A stretch of 64,000 nt of DNA. Source: Candidatus Poribacteria bacterium (GTDB lineage: Bacteria > Poribacteria > WGA-4E > WGA-3G). Shown here piece after piece: positions 30,636 through 40,322 of the stretch (position 1 is the first letter of the stretch; each line of letters starts with the position of its first letter). The position numbers and the translations under genes are program-made. Below the pieces are notes generated by a model. That model did no database searches, had not been told where the DNA came from, and saw nothing but the letters and a program-made list of their open reading frames with translations. Location: assembly GCA_965198235.1 (NCBI GenBank), contig OZ240248.1, forward strand, positions 4,416,001 through 4,480,000, given 5' to 3'.

Positions 30636-32027
30636 ATGCCGACTACAGACAGACCGAATATACTCCTCATCGTATCCGATGACCATGCGGCACCGGCGAT
30701 CAGTTGCTATGGGCGTGAGATGAATAGCACCCCGAATATTGACCGAATCGGCGATGGTGGGATGCGATTCAACAACTGTTTCTGCACGAACGCAATCTGC
30801 ACGCCAGCACGTGGCTCCATTCTCACGGGAAAATACAGCCATAAAACCGGCATCAAAACCCTCGCCGATACAATTGACCACACGCAGGAACAGACAGTCG
30901 CACAAATGCTGCATGAAGACGGGTATCAGACCGCGATTGTCGGGAAATGGCATCTCGGACACGGTGGTGTCAGCGATCCGCACGGATTCGATTACTGGAA
31001 CGTGTTCCCCGTCCAAGGTGCACACATCAACCCTGAAATGATCGAGATGGGGGAACGAAAAAAATTCGATGGATACTCCGCTGACATCGTGACGGACAGT
31101 TCGCTGAATTGGCTACGCAACCGAGAGACAGATCCGCCATTTTTTCTGATGACAACCTACAAAGCGACACACGATCCGTTTTTTCCGAATCCCAAGCATC
31201 GGCATCTCTATACGGAGGAAATTCCTGAGCCTCCGACTTTCAACGATGCTTACGAAAATCGAACAGCGGCTGCCGCAATGAACACAGCAAAGGTTGGCAT
31301 CATGCACCAGAAAAATCATCTGCCGGAACCGATCCCTGAAAATTTGGAAGGCGATGATTTGAAGCGATGGAACTACCAGTGCTACATGCAGAACTATTTG
31401 CGCTGTGCCCACGCCATCGACGAGAATGTCGGACGATTGCTCGATTATCTGGATGCAGAGGGTCTCGCGGAAGATACGATTGTCATCTATTCGGCAGATC
31501 ACGGATTCTTCTTAGGCGACCACGGTTGGTATGACAAACGGTTCATGTATGAGGAATCGATGCGGATCCCGCTGCTCATCCGGTATCCACGTGAAATCCC
31601 AGCAGGTGTGAGCGAACAAATTACACTGAACGTTGACTTCGCGCCAACGCTACTCGACTACGCAAGCGTAGCAATTCCAGACGATGTGCAAGGACGTAGT
31701 CTCCGAACGTCATTGGAAGGTGAAGCACCAACGGATTGGCGGACATCCATGTACTACCGGTATTGGATGCACCTGGCGCACTTCAATATTCCAGCGCACT
31801 ACGGCGTACGGACGGAACGGTATAAACTCATCTACTATTACGGTGAGGCGTTGGGATCAGGCGGTGCAATCGACCGAGCGACACCGCCCGAATGGGAACT
31901 GTTCGATTTGGAGAAGGATCCGCATGAGATGTACAATGTTTATGCAGATCCTGCGTATGCGGGAGTTGTCGCGGAATTGAAAGCGGAATTGGAACGGTTG
32001 CGGGGTGCGTTGGGGGATTATGAGTAG
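30636..32027 (+). CDS. Cys-type sulfatase (formylglycine-dependent)
   Basis: SDDH, CTPARGSILTG, GKWHLG, SADHG, DKR, WELFDL. Confidence 0.95.
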   Translation: MPTTDRPNILLIVSDDHAAPAISCYGREMNSTPNIDRIGDGGMRFNNCFCTNAICTPARGSILTGKYSHKTGIKTLADTIDHTQEQTVAQMLHEDGYQTAIVGKWHLGHGGVSDPHGFDYWNVFPVQGAHINPEMIEMGERKKFDGYSADIVTDSSLNWLRNRETDPPFFLMTTYKATHDPFFPNPKHRHLYTEEIPEPPTFNDAYENRTAAAAMNTAKVGIMHQKNHLPEPIPENLEGDDLKRWNYQCYMQNYLRCAHAIDENVGRLLDYLDAEGLAEDTIVIYSADHGFFLGDHGWYDKRFMYEESMRIPLLIRYPREIPAGVSEQITLNVDFAPTLLDYASVAIPDDVQGRSLRTSLEGEAPTDWRTSMYYRYWMHLAHFNIPAHYGVRTERYKLIYYYGEALGSGGAIDRATPPEWELFDLEKDPHEMYNVYADPAYAGVVAELKAELERLRGALGDYE

Positions 32028-32068
32028 AATGGATTGGAAACTTTCGAGAGTTCCTCCTTTGAGACGTT

Positions 32069-32320
32069 TTATTTCAGGATGTCAATAGGTTCTTTGCGTT
32101 CTCTATTGGTATCTACCAGATACACTAATCTCTCCATTCCATTGTTTTCTTTTGAAGTTCAAGTGCTGTATATTGGTCACGATATTCCTTCAAACCACCG
32201 ATCCAATCTAATTTAGGTTTCTTTTTTCGCTTTGGAACCTTTTCAGTTAGAAGGGCATCAATGAAATGGATTACTTCTTTATGATATTGTTAGGGGCGTT
32301 TTGGTCATCTTCAAGAGTAT
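32069..32320 (-). pseudogene. Degraded DUF2281-like antitoxin plus PIN (VapC) toxin remnant
   Basis: Minus strand ...EVIHFIDALLTEKVPKRKKKPKLDWIGGLKEYRDQYTALELQKKTMEWRD* (ends 32125, in-frame stop upstream), overlapped by GTG 'MYLVDTN-RERKEPIDILK*' (32069-32125). Confidence 0.7.
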
Positions 32321-32403
32321 AGACTTTGAAGAGAAAACGCCCCTTACACTATCACGATACATTATTCATCGTGTTTTTACGATGAAATGTTTAACAATGG
32401 TTA

Positions 32404-33225
32404 TCACTCGCTCTTTAGCCGTCCCCAGGTAACAGCGATTTTGCCTTCGGGCTTCACATCGGAAACGAGGAATTCCATGTCCTTCTGGATGTCTTTTTGC
32501 GACAAGACTTCGCTGTAAATGGCGAATTCGTCAATAACACCGTGAGCTCCTGACGTGGTGGCTCTGTACTTAAACTTGTTATTTCCTCCGATTCTTGGGG
32601 ATTCATGAAATTTGGGAAATCCCGCGAACCCTTTCGCTGTAGCGATTTCCTCGCCATCAAGGTAGAAGAAAGCATCCCCACCGAAATCCCAAGTTGCTGC
32701 TATGTGCATCCACGTATCTTTTTTAACAACGTCAGCGGCCTGAGCGGCGAGATAATAGTCTGTATCCGGTGCGTCCTCTACCGCGAAGTGGAACTCATTT
32801 TCCCGTTCTCCGATGACGGCACCTTTTCCAATGGAGAAGAAGACGACCGCATTGTTGGCATCGAATATCCTAAAGGTCCCAGCTTCCCCACCATTCCAGT
32901 TAGGCTTAAACCAGAATAAAACGGTGCCGGGATCGGTCATCACGTAATCGAATTCAATGAACTGGTCCAAAGCTTTGCTGAGTTCGATGCCCATCCCGTA
33001 CGGACCTTTTTTACTTGGGACACGCTTTGCATTGCCCTCAATCCTGCCATCATTCCCATTGCCGCTGGCATCTTCAGCGACCTTCGCATTCTTTCCTGTG
33101 AAGGAAAACCAAACTTCGGGTTCCGGTGCGGTATGTCCAATATGAGAGAGCATCATCAAGCCAACTACAAGCATCAAACCAAGTGTTAAAGGTTTATAGA
33201 TAGACTGGATTGTTCGTTTAGACAT
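32404..33225 (-). CDS. Secreted LamG-like protein with C-terminal 'VKPEGKIAVTWGRLK' tail
   Basis: RBS AGGAGG, signal peptide, DASGNGNDG, W.HIAATW, GVIDE. Confidence 0.88.
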   Translation of the reverse strand: MSKRTIQSIYKPLTLGLMLVVGLMMLSHIGHTAPEPEVWFSFTGKNAKVAEDASGNGNDGRIEGNAKRVPSKKGPYGMGIELSKALDQFIEFDYVMTDPGTVLFWFKPNWNGGEAGTFRIFDANNAVVFFSIGKGAVIGERENEFHFAVEDAPDTDYYLAAQAADVVKKDTWMHIAATWDFGGDAFFYLDGEEIATAKGFAGFPKFHESPRIGGNNKFKYRATTSGAHGVIDEFAIYSEVLSQKDIQKDMEFLVSDVKPEGKIAVTWGRLKSE

Positions 33226-33431
33226 AGGGTCCTCCTTTTTAATGCAGATATACCTACTATCAAAATTAATTGAACATTCTAACACATTACGGAAAATTGT
33301 TTCGGAGTGGTTGACATTTTCCATTCGAGTTAGTGAGGTCGCCATAGACGGAACCGCCACCTGAATCCAAGGTGGGTTCTCACGACTCTGTCGCCAGCAC
33401 AATTACGGCAATCAGATACCGTTCTGCCAAC

Positions 33432-33460
33432 ATTGTAAATTATCTTGAAATTTAAAGCAA
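33432..33460 (-). promoter_or_regulatory. sigma70 promoter for the LamG gene (about 200-nt leader); overlaps a divergent promoter for the PhyH gene
   Basis: Minus strand TTGCTT-N17-TACAAT; plus strand TTGAAA(33445)-N17-TACTAT. Confidence 0.5.
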
Positions 33461-33517
33461 TTCTTTATACTATATCTCGCAAGAAAATGATACCCTTATC
33501 CCAGTTGAGGAAAAGAT

Positions 33518-34327
33518 ATGACACCGAAACAGAAATACCTCTTTGACCTACGTGGCTACCTGCATTTAGAGAACGTCCTGACACCAGAAGAACTTAATAA
33601 CACACAGGCAGCAATCGAATGGCTTGTGCAAGCAGCACCAGATGAATTGCCACCCGGAATTAGTAGGGGTGGTGAAGGCTTCTCAAATGGATTTTCAGCG
33701 GACAAATCGCTTGAGGCGTTAACACTACATCCTGTTACCTGGCCCATCATCAAAGAATTGACATGGAATAAACCCCGTTTCAATCGTGGGTCGCTTGTCA
33801 TCAATACTCACGAGCAACAGGAGATGACACCCCTGCATTGTGCCGGTGAAGGTTTTCGTTGGACCCGGCGGTATGATGTCAAAAACGGTCAGATCTTCAC
33901 AAATGATGTCGTTGTTTTCTTCTATTTCACGGATGTCCATCCGGGGGACGGCGGTTTGATAGTTTTACCTGGCTCCCATAAGAGGGAGTTTGAACGTCCT
34001 GCAAATCTGTTTTTCTCTGAACCGGATAATCCAGATGCCCCGCTCCATCCGGCTCTTGTCAATGTGACACCGAAAGCGGGAGATGTCGTGATTATCACCG
34101 AAATGTTGACCCACGGTGTGCTGGTGTGGAAACCGATGGACCGGGATCGGCGATTCCTAATCCTGCGGTATAAGACCCAGTTTTTTCAAGATGAGCGTGG
34201 TGTCCGAGAAGCCTTTCCACCGGAAGTGATAGAGAGACTCTCTCCTGAGACGAAAGCACTGGCGGCTTATGGCTCAGAGTGGGAAATAAAGGACCTCGTG
34301 AAACAGGATATCGTGACGTTGACGTAA
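33518..34327 (+). CDS. PhyH family Fe(II)/2OG enzyme with HxA in place of HxD
   Basis: FDLRGYL, PLHCAG, PGSHK, KAGD, LTHG, RR. Confidence 0.85.
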   Translation: MTPKQKYLFDLRGYLHLENVLTPEELNNTQAAIEWLVQAAPDELPPGISRGGEGFSNGFSADKSLEALTLHPVTWPIIKELTWNKPRFNRGSLVINTHEQQEMTPLHCAGEGFRWTRRYDVKNGQIFTNDVVVFFYFTDVHPGDGGLIVLPGSHKREFERPANLFFSEPDNPDAPLHPALVNVTPKAGDVVIITEMLTHGVLVWKPMDRDRRFLILRYKTQFFQDERGVREAFPPEVIERLSPETKALAAYGSEWEIKDLVKQDIVTLT

Positions 34328-34341
34328 TCAGGTCAATTGCA

Positions 34342-34749
34342 ATGGAAATTGTCAAAGCTGAACTCGCTGATGTCGAAACGCTTGCTGAACTGAATAAGCA
34401 CCTCATTGAGGACGAGCAGCACCCGAATCCGATGAACATCACCCAACTCACGCAACAGATGAAAGAGTGGTTGGCAACCGACTACATCTGTTATATGGCG
34501 AAGCAGAAGGACAGCATTGTCGCCTACTGCTTATACAGAGATGACGGTAGATACTACTACATGCGGCAATTGTACGTAGACAGCGCACATCGACGAAAGG
34601 GCATCGCTACACAGTTGCTTGATTGGCTATACGAAAACGTATGGACGGATAAGAAAGTCAGATTGGACGTACTTGCCCATAACGAAGATGCCGTCGCCTT
34701 TTACAAGAGATACGGCTTCAGAATCGGTGTCTTTAGAATGGAAAAATAA
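34342..34749 (+). CDS. GNAT family acetyltransferase
   Basis: LYV...HRRKGIA, N..AVAFYKRYGF. Confidence 0.88.
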   Translation: MEIVKAELADVETLAELNKHLIEDEQHPNPMNITQLTQQMKEWLATDYICYMAKQKDSIVAYCLYRDDGRYYYMRQLYVDSAHRRKGIATQLLDWLYENVWTDKKVRLDVLAHNEDAVAFYKRYGFRIGVFRMEK

Positions 34750-34897
34750 TCCGAGACTTACTGTACATTTGACACAGATTCTTTATTAGTGTTATCATAT
34801 ATAAAGGTAGTGTTGTTTTGTTAACATGTAATGAAACTCAGGACTATAACCATTTACGTCACGAGATATCTTAGTCTAACATATTGAGATCACCGTC

Positions 34898-36055
34898 ATG
34901 GCTGAACATATTAATGGGATTAACCCCGACATCCTCAAATGGGCACGTGAACGCTCCGGTTACACGGCGGAAGCGATCGCTAATGCTTTGAACAAACAGG
35001 TCTCAATTGTCAATGATTGGGAATCTGGAGAACGCGCGTTGACTTATGTTCAGCTTGAAACGTTAGCTGACAAATACAAGCGTCCCATTGCCATTTTCTT
35101 CTTCCCAGAACCTCCTGAAGAATCAAACACTACCGAGAATCCCGCGTTACGAAGTTCTGATAATGACCACTTGGATCCACGTATCCATATTCTGTTGCGA
35201 CAGGCTCATGCGCGGCAGCTTTCTCTAATGGAACTAAATCTCGGTGCTAATCCATCGGAAAAGAAAATCTTCCGAGATATGCAGGCACAACCTACTGATT
35301 CAGCTATAACGTTAGCACAACAAACCCGCATGTACCTGAACATAAGTGTTGATACGCAGGTAGGTTGGAACAGCGTGACAGATGCACTCGAAAATTGGCG
35401 AGACAGCGTTGAGGAAAATGGGATTTTCGTTTTTAAAGAGGCATTCAAAGACGAATCGGTTGATGGTTTCTGTCTCGTACACAATGAGTTCCCAGTAGTC
35501 TATCTAAACAATAGCAGACCCTTTGTCAGACAGATTTTCTCGCTCTTTCATGAGTTGGGACACCTTTTGCTTGGTGAGAATGGTATCACACGCCGCACTA
35601 ATCCTACAAACGGGAACATTGAGACATTCTGTAACCAATTTGCTTCTGAATTTTTGGTCCCATCCGATGATTTGGAAACTCAACTCAATTCCCCTGTATA
35701 CGATGACAACGCAATAAAAGTGTTAGCAACTCGATACAAAGTTAGCCGTCCGGTTATTTTGGTGAAGTTAGTCAACAGTGGTATCCTCACACGGGAAAAT
35801 TATCGCGAACGAATGGAACGATGGACTCAAGAACACGAACGTCATATAAAAAAAAGAGCAGGCAGCAATTCACCAAGCGGCGGGAATTATTATAACACTC
35901 ACGTGGCATATTTAGGTTACAGGTTCATGGAACTCGCGTTCAGCAAATATCGTCAAGGACACTGTTCAATTGATCAACTTGCTGAATATCTAAGTACCAA
36001 AGTTAAACATCTGCCTGAGCTAGAAGGTCGCCTATCAAGAAAGGCACTCGGTTAA
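34898..36055 (+). CDS. XRE-HTH plus ImmA/IrrE metallopeptidase
   Basis: N-terminal HTH (LKWARERSG...WESG), FSLFHELGH, CNQFASEFL. Confidence 0.9.
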   Translation: MAEHINGINPDILKWARERSGYTAEAIANALNKQVSIVNDWESGERALTYVQLETLADKYKRPIAIFFFPEPPEESNTTENPALRSSDNDHLDPRIHILLRQAHARQLSLMELNLGANPSEKKIFRDMQAQPTDSAITLAQQTRMYLNISVDTQVGWNSVTDALENWRDSVEENGIFVFKEAFKDESVDGFCLVHNEFPVVYLNNSRPFVRQIFSLFHELGHLLLGENGITRRTNPTNGNIETFCNQFASEFLVPSDDLETQLNSPVYDDNAIKVLATRYKVSRPVILVKLVNSGILTRENYRERMERWTQEHERHIKKRAGSNSPSGGNYYNTHVAYLGYRFMELAFSKYRQGHCSIDQLAEYLSTKVKHLPELEGRLSRKALG

Positions 36056-36525
36056 TGGCTTACGTATTTGACAATAATAGTTTTAGAGTGCTTGGCAATT
36101 ACTATCCCGATCACTTTCTGGCTTTTTGGCGAGAATTCAATCAGGCAGTAAAGATTGGAAGAATAATCTCTGTAAGGGAGGTACGTAGAGAACTAGATGT
36201 CTACGTGCGCCATCCTCACTTATCTGATTGGATAGAAAGGCACAAAAACATTTTTCTTCCGCCTAACGCAACGGAAATGCGGTTTGTCAGTGAGATTTTT
36301 GCAATTCAGCATTTCCAGTCATTAGTAAGGAAACAAATCCTTTTAGAAGGTGGACTATGCACTGATCCATTTATTGTTGCAAAGGCAAATTTTATAAACG
36401 GTTGTGTTGTCACAGAGGAAACAGTACAACCGAATGCTGCAAAAATCCCAAACATTTGCGAGCATTTTGATGTGGAATGGACAAACCTCCAAGGATTCAT
36501 GGAAAAAGAGAGTTGGACCTTCTAA
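36055..36525 (+). CDS. DUF4411 family PIN-like protein
   Basis: YVFDNN, YYP..F..FW, DPFIVA.A, VVTEE, KIPNIC; 1-nt overlap with the IrrE gene. Confidence 0.85.
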   Translation: MAYVFDNNSFRVLGNYYPDHFLAFWREFNQAVKIGRIISVREVRRELDVYVRHPHLSDWIERHKNIFLPPNATEMRFVSEIFAIQHFQSLVRKQILLEGGLCTDPFIVAKANFINGCVVTEETVQPNAAKIPNICEHFDVEWTNLQGFMEKESWTF

Positions 36526-36567
36526 CTTTAGTAACGTGAGTTCGATAATAAAAATAGAAATGTACAC

Positions 36568-36799
36568 GTAGGTTGGGTAGAGCGGTAAAAGACCAAATAC
36601 CCTTCGGTTCTACACACAACTTTGATGCGCAATGAACCGTTCAAGAAAATAGATATAGCGAAACCCAACACCCCAAAGCTCCAGGTCTCGCAATACGTTG
36701 GGTTTCACTCGACATATTTTCAACACGAGTCTCCTGAAAAGCAGCGGTTCTCTTGGAAGAATAGAGGCACACCTTTGATGACCGTTCTACCCAACCTAC
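36568..36799. repeat. Second inverted pair of 102/103-bp GTAG-REP-like elements (36568-36669 +, 36697-36799 -)
   Basis: GTAGGTTGGGTAGA(G/A)CGG-N71/72-AG(C/T)GAAACCCAAC. Confidence 0.85.
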
Positions 36800-36858
36800 G
36801 GGAACCAATGCATATATCGAACTCACGTTTTAGTAGAGAAAATCTAAGGGAATCAACG

Positions 36859-37773
36859 ATGAAATATGATAACGTCAATCGCACCTTTGATTGTGAACCG
36901 ACGCTCACTGATACACAAATGCTGCAGTATTGTCGAGATGGCTACCTTCAACTCCAAGGAGTCGTCCCTGACGAAATTAATCAGCGCACCTGTGACTACC
37001 TCAACGGCGATTTGCCGATAAATCCGTGTTTCATGCCCGACGGGATAACACACGCCGATTTAGAGCGAATGCGGGATACGCACGAACCGAGCTCCATTCT
37101 GCTTGAGGACTGGTACATCGAGCATGTGCTGCTGAATCGTGAACTCGCTGGAGCATTGCGCTCATTACTCGGTAAGGATGTCGGATTGCCGGTGTTAGTA
37201 AGCAACCATCGTGTTGAGTGTCCGATGCCCGCACAGGGATGGCATCACGATGCAGACCATGTCTTTGGACCTGAAACCAATTTCCTCGAGGTCTTTTATT
37301 TCCCACAGGATACACCGATGGAATTGGGTCCGACGGAACTGATGCCGGGTTCACATATCCGTTCCACAAATCGAGATATAGCCGAGAAAGGTGTTTCAAG
37401 TGATGGACCCGCAGGTTCTTTCGTTATTCACTCGCAAAGCATCCTCCATCGTCGCGGTGAGTCCACAGCAGAAGGGCTGCGCCACATGTTGAAATACAGT
37501 TATTGGCGAACGGTCCCACCAACACAGGATTGGAAGGAAGAGCCAGAATTTGACCTCCAAACCGCTGAATATGGCGGGCACGGTGTAGCGAGATACGTGG
37601 CACACATGTTCTATTGGCTCTGCGGCAAAGGTGAGGAATTTCGTCTTATCGGTGGGCAAGCGTGGCCCTGGTCGAGTGTGAACCAAATCGGACCCTCTTA
37701 CGGCTTTGGACACAAAGAAGGCTACCTCCCGAACTGGCGGAAGAACAATCCAGACGATTACGCGATTTCATAG
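36859..37773 (+). CDS. PhyH family dioxygenase
   Basis: CRDGYL, WHHD, PGSH, SILHR. Confidence 0.85.
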   Translation: MKYDNVNRTFDCEPTLTDTQMLQYCRDGYLQLQGVVPDEINQRTCDYLNGDLPINPCFMPDGITHADLERMRDTHEPSSILLEDWYIEHVLLNRELAGALRSLLGKDVGLPVLVSNHRVECPMPAQGWHHDADHVFGPETNFLEVFYFPQDTPMELGPTELMPGSHIRSTNRDIAEKGVSSDGPAGSFVIHSQSILHRRGESTAEGLRHMLKYSYWRTVPPTQDWKEEPEFDLQTAEYGGHGVARYVAHMFYWLCGKGEEFRLIGGQAWPWSSVNQIGPSYGFGHKEGYLPNWRKNNPDDYAIS

Positions 37774-37893
37774 GTAGAGCGATTTATCGTGAAATCTACG
37801 ATACGCTGTGTCTCGCGAGGTTAGGATAGACCCGCGTGTGGGTTCTTTTAAGGTCAGAGCCTATATTGCGCCGTCTCACACAAAATTTCAAAG

Positions 37894-38154
37894 TTATCGA
37901 CCCAATACATCGAGTTCAACACGAAAACGCTTTTCAGTGGCATCAAGCAACTCTTCGATGACTTTCTCTGTGCTCCCAGACTCCGCAACAAGGGATTCCA
38001 TTTGCTCCACTGCAAAAGATTGAACATGGCTAAAACAATTCTTAGAAGACTTGTCGAGATGATTCCCAACGTTTAAACTCAGCACCAACAAAAGAGCTCG
38101 TTCCAATTTTTCAATGCGCTCGTCCCGCGCTTTGAGTTCTTCCAACACATCCAT
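37894..38154 (-). CDS. Small hypothetical coiled-coil protein
   Basis: 86-aa ORF, helical composition, no recognised motif. Confidence 0.4.
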   Translation of the reverse strand: MDVLEELKARDERIEKLERALLLVLSLNVGNHLDKSSKNCFSHVQSFAVEQMESLVAESGSTEKVIEELLDATEKRFRVELDVLGR

Positions 38155-38362
38155 TCAAATTTACCGGTCCCCAGTCCATTTATCCCCCTGCGCAGGTGGG
38201 AGGGTGACAGACCGACCGTGCGGTCGGCTTCGCAGTGCCACCCAAACTGGTTTGAACAGTATATCACAACAAAAAAATAAAATTACACACGGAAGTGTAC
38301 GGCACCAGTCGAGAAATACCTTTCACGGAAAGATTGTCTGAATTTCCACAAGGTGTTCTCTG

Positions 38363-38475
38363 AGAAGAAGTCGCGATCGGGAGATCGTTCCTACAAAAGA
38401 GAGAAGAAGTCGCGACCGGGAGATCGCTCCTACAGAAGAGGGAGTCGGGATTCGGAGATCGCTCCTACAGAAGAG
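38363..38475. repeat. Three tandem REP-like palindromes (GTCG(C/G)GA...GGAGATCG(C/T)TCCTAC)
   Basis: Reverse complement begins GTAG; related copies at about 45705, 45899, 58307 and 58665. Confidence 0.8.
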
Positions 38476-38481
38476 ATAGGA

Positions 38482-40155
38482 CTAATCTTCGGAGATAACA
38501 AATACCTGATTCGTTTCAACGTTCTGTAAGGTTTGGACGCCGCCACAGAGCCACCGCACCGTCAGCGTATCAACCGACGTCGCGGCACCCAACCCAAAAT
38601 GTAAACGGAGATCGTTCTGACTGAGGTAACCCGAACCGCTTTTGACCTCACGCATCTGTGTCAAACCCCCAGAAACAACAGTCACACGTGCCCCAATCGC
38701 ATCTCGGTTGCAATGTGTACCGATTAGCTTGACAGCCAACCACTGCGACGCGTTGGCACCGTTATTTCGCAAAACGGTCGGCGTGTCTTTGAGGTTGGAG
38801 ATAACAATGTCAATATCACCATCGTTATCAATATCGCCGAAGGCAGTACCTCGACTCACTTTTTGCTGTGCTATCGCCGCGTCAGAATTTTCCGTAAAAC
38901 GGACACCCCGATCATTCAGGAAAAGTTGATTCGGCTGTGCGTACGTGCCAATCGGATCGATTTCCGAGATATTATCATCCAGATGCCCATTGGCAATAAA
39001 CAGATCCAACCAGCCGTCATTGTTAAAATCGATGAAATCGACACCCCACGCCAAATAGGGCAGGCTTTTCTCACCGATCCCTTTGGCGAAACTCATTTCA
39101 GTAAAGAATCCGCTCTGGGCATTGTGATAGAGACTATTCGTCTGATCCTGAAAATTCGTAATCACGATATCGAGATAGCCATCGTTGTCAAAATCGCCGA
39201 GGTTTGCGCCCATCCCGCTATAAGCACGTCCTTCCTCGCTGAGCGCAACGCCTGCGAAAAGTGCGTCCTCCGTCATTTCAACACCGTTCCGTTCGTTGCG
39301 ATAGAGAAAATTCGGGGTGGTATCGTTCGCAACGAAAATATCGACATCTCCATCGTTATCAATATCGCCGCAAACAACCCCTAATCCCTTCCCATTCGCC
39401 GCGCCCACTCCTGCCTTCTCCGAGACATCCGTGAAGGTGGCATCGCCGTTGTTACGGTAGAACACATCGGCAACGCCGGGTAGTGCTTCCGGTGTGCAAT
39501 ACGTTGGAATCCCCTGTCGAGTGCATATCGGATTCATATCTGGATCGAACTGAACATAGTTGACGACATAGAGATCCAGATACCCATCGGCATCAACGTC
39601 TACAAAGGTACACCCACTACTGAATTGATTGCCATCAACACCGGCAGCGTCAGCGACATCTGTAAAAGTGCCGTCCCCATTGTTGCGATAAAGCACATTC
39701 GGACCGTAGTTCGTCACATAGAGATCCGTGAAACCATCGTTGTCATAATCACCGACGCAGCACCCTAATCCGTAGCCCGTATCACCGACAGATGCCTTGT
39801 CCGTTATATCGGTGAAAGTGCCACCATCATTGCGGTAGAAACGGTTTGTCGGCGGAATTGGCGAGGTCATCCCCGGTAAATCGCTACCGTTGACGAAATA
39901 GAGATCTAAATCTGTGTCATTGTCAAAATCGAAGAGAGCAACACCACTGCCGATCGGTTCAATAAAGTACTTCTTACCACTCTCACCGTTGATATGCTGA
40001 AATTCGATACCAAGTTCCGCTGTTACATCGGTGAAACGCATATCTTGGTTTCGTGAAGAAACGGGTTGTGCGAATGCGGATTTCAGGACGGCGTGTAAGA
40101 TGAAGAGGAGAATGGTAAAACCGATTGTGGGTATCGTCAATTTTTTGTAACGCAT
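38482..40155 (-). CDS. CRTAC1-like FG-GAP repeat protein with ASPIC/UnbV domain
   Basis: Repeated D(F/Y)DNDG..DL, GSGYLSQ...LHFGLG, signal peptide. Confidence 0.93.
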   Translation of the reverse strand: MRYKKLTIPTIGFTILLFILHAVLKSAFAQPVSSRNQDMRFTDVTAELGIEFQHINGESGKKYFIEPIGSGVALFDFDNDTDLDLYFVNGSDLPGMTSPIPPTNRFYRNDGGTFTDITDKASVGDTGYGLGCCVGDYDNDGFTDLYVTNYGPNVLYRNNGDGTFTDVADAAGVDGNQFSSGCTFVDVDADGYLDLYVVNYVQFDPDMNPICTRQGIPTYCTPEALPGVADVFYRNNGDATFTDVSEKAGVGAANGKGLGVVCGDIDNDGDVDIFVANDTTPNFLYRNERNGVEMTEDALFAGVALSEEGRAYSGMGANLGDFDNDGYLDIVITNFQDQTNSLYHNAQSGFFTEMSFAKGIGEKSLPYLAWGVDFIDFNNDGWLDLFIANGHLDDNISEIDPIGTYAQPNQLFLNDRGVRFTENSDAAIAQQKVSRGTAFGDIDNDGDIDIVISNLKDTPTVLRNNGANASQWLAVKLIGTHCNRDAIGARVTVVSGGLTQMREVKSGSGYLSQNDLRLHFGLGAATSVDTLTVRWLCGGVQTLQNVETNQVFVISED

Positions 40156-40176
40156 AGTCTATGTATATGGTATAAT

Positions 40177-40285
40177 GGCTATCAGCATATTGGCTATCGG
40201 CAATTAGCCATCGGCTTTCAGTTAAGAGGTTTTCTGGTGAAGTTACACCCTCTTGCTGATGGCTGACTGCTGAGGGCTGAGGGCT
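40177..40285. repeat. Heptamer-type (GCTATCA/GCAGTCA-like) short tandem repeats in inverted arrangement
   Basis: Similar tracts at about 3963, 9282, 12476, 12630, 58647 and 58843. Confidence 0.6.
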
Positions 40286-40322
40286 ATTTCTCTGACGACT
40301 TATAAAAAAAGGAGAATTTCTA

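Noticed and set aside
36622-36858. N-terminal extension of the PhyH ORF (similar extensions at 13578, 33402, 34279, 45664, 52135 and 56883)
   Set aside because: Extensions run through repeats, leaders or neighbouring genes; downstream starts fit RBS position or domain boundaries better
38363-38475. Three tandem repeats as a CRISPR array
   Set aside because: Units are adjacent with no unique spacers, the same palindrome is dispersed elsewhere and no cas genes are present
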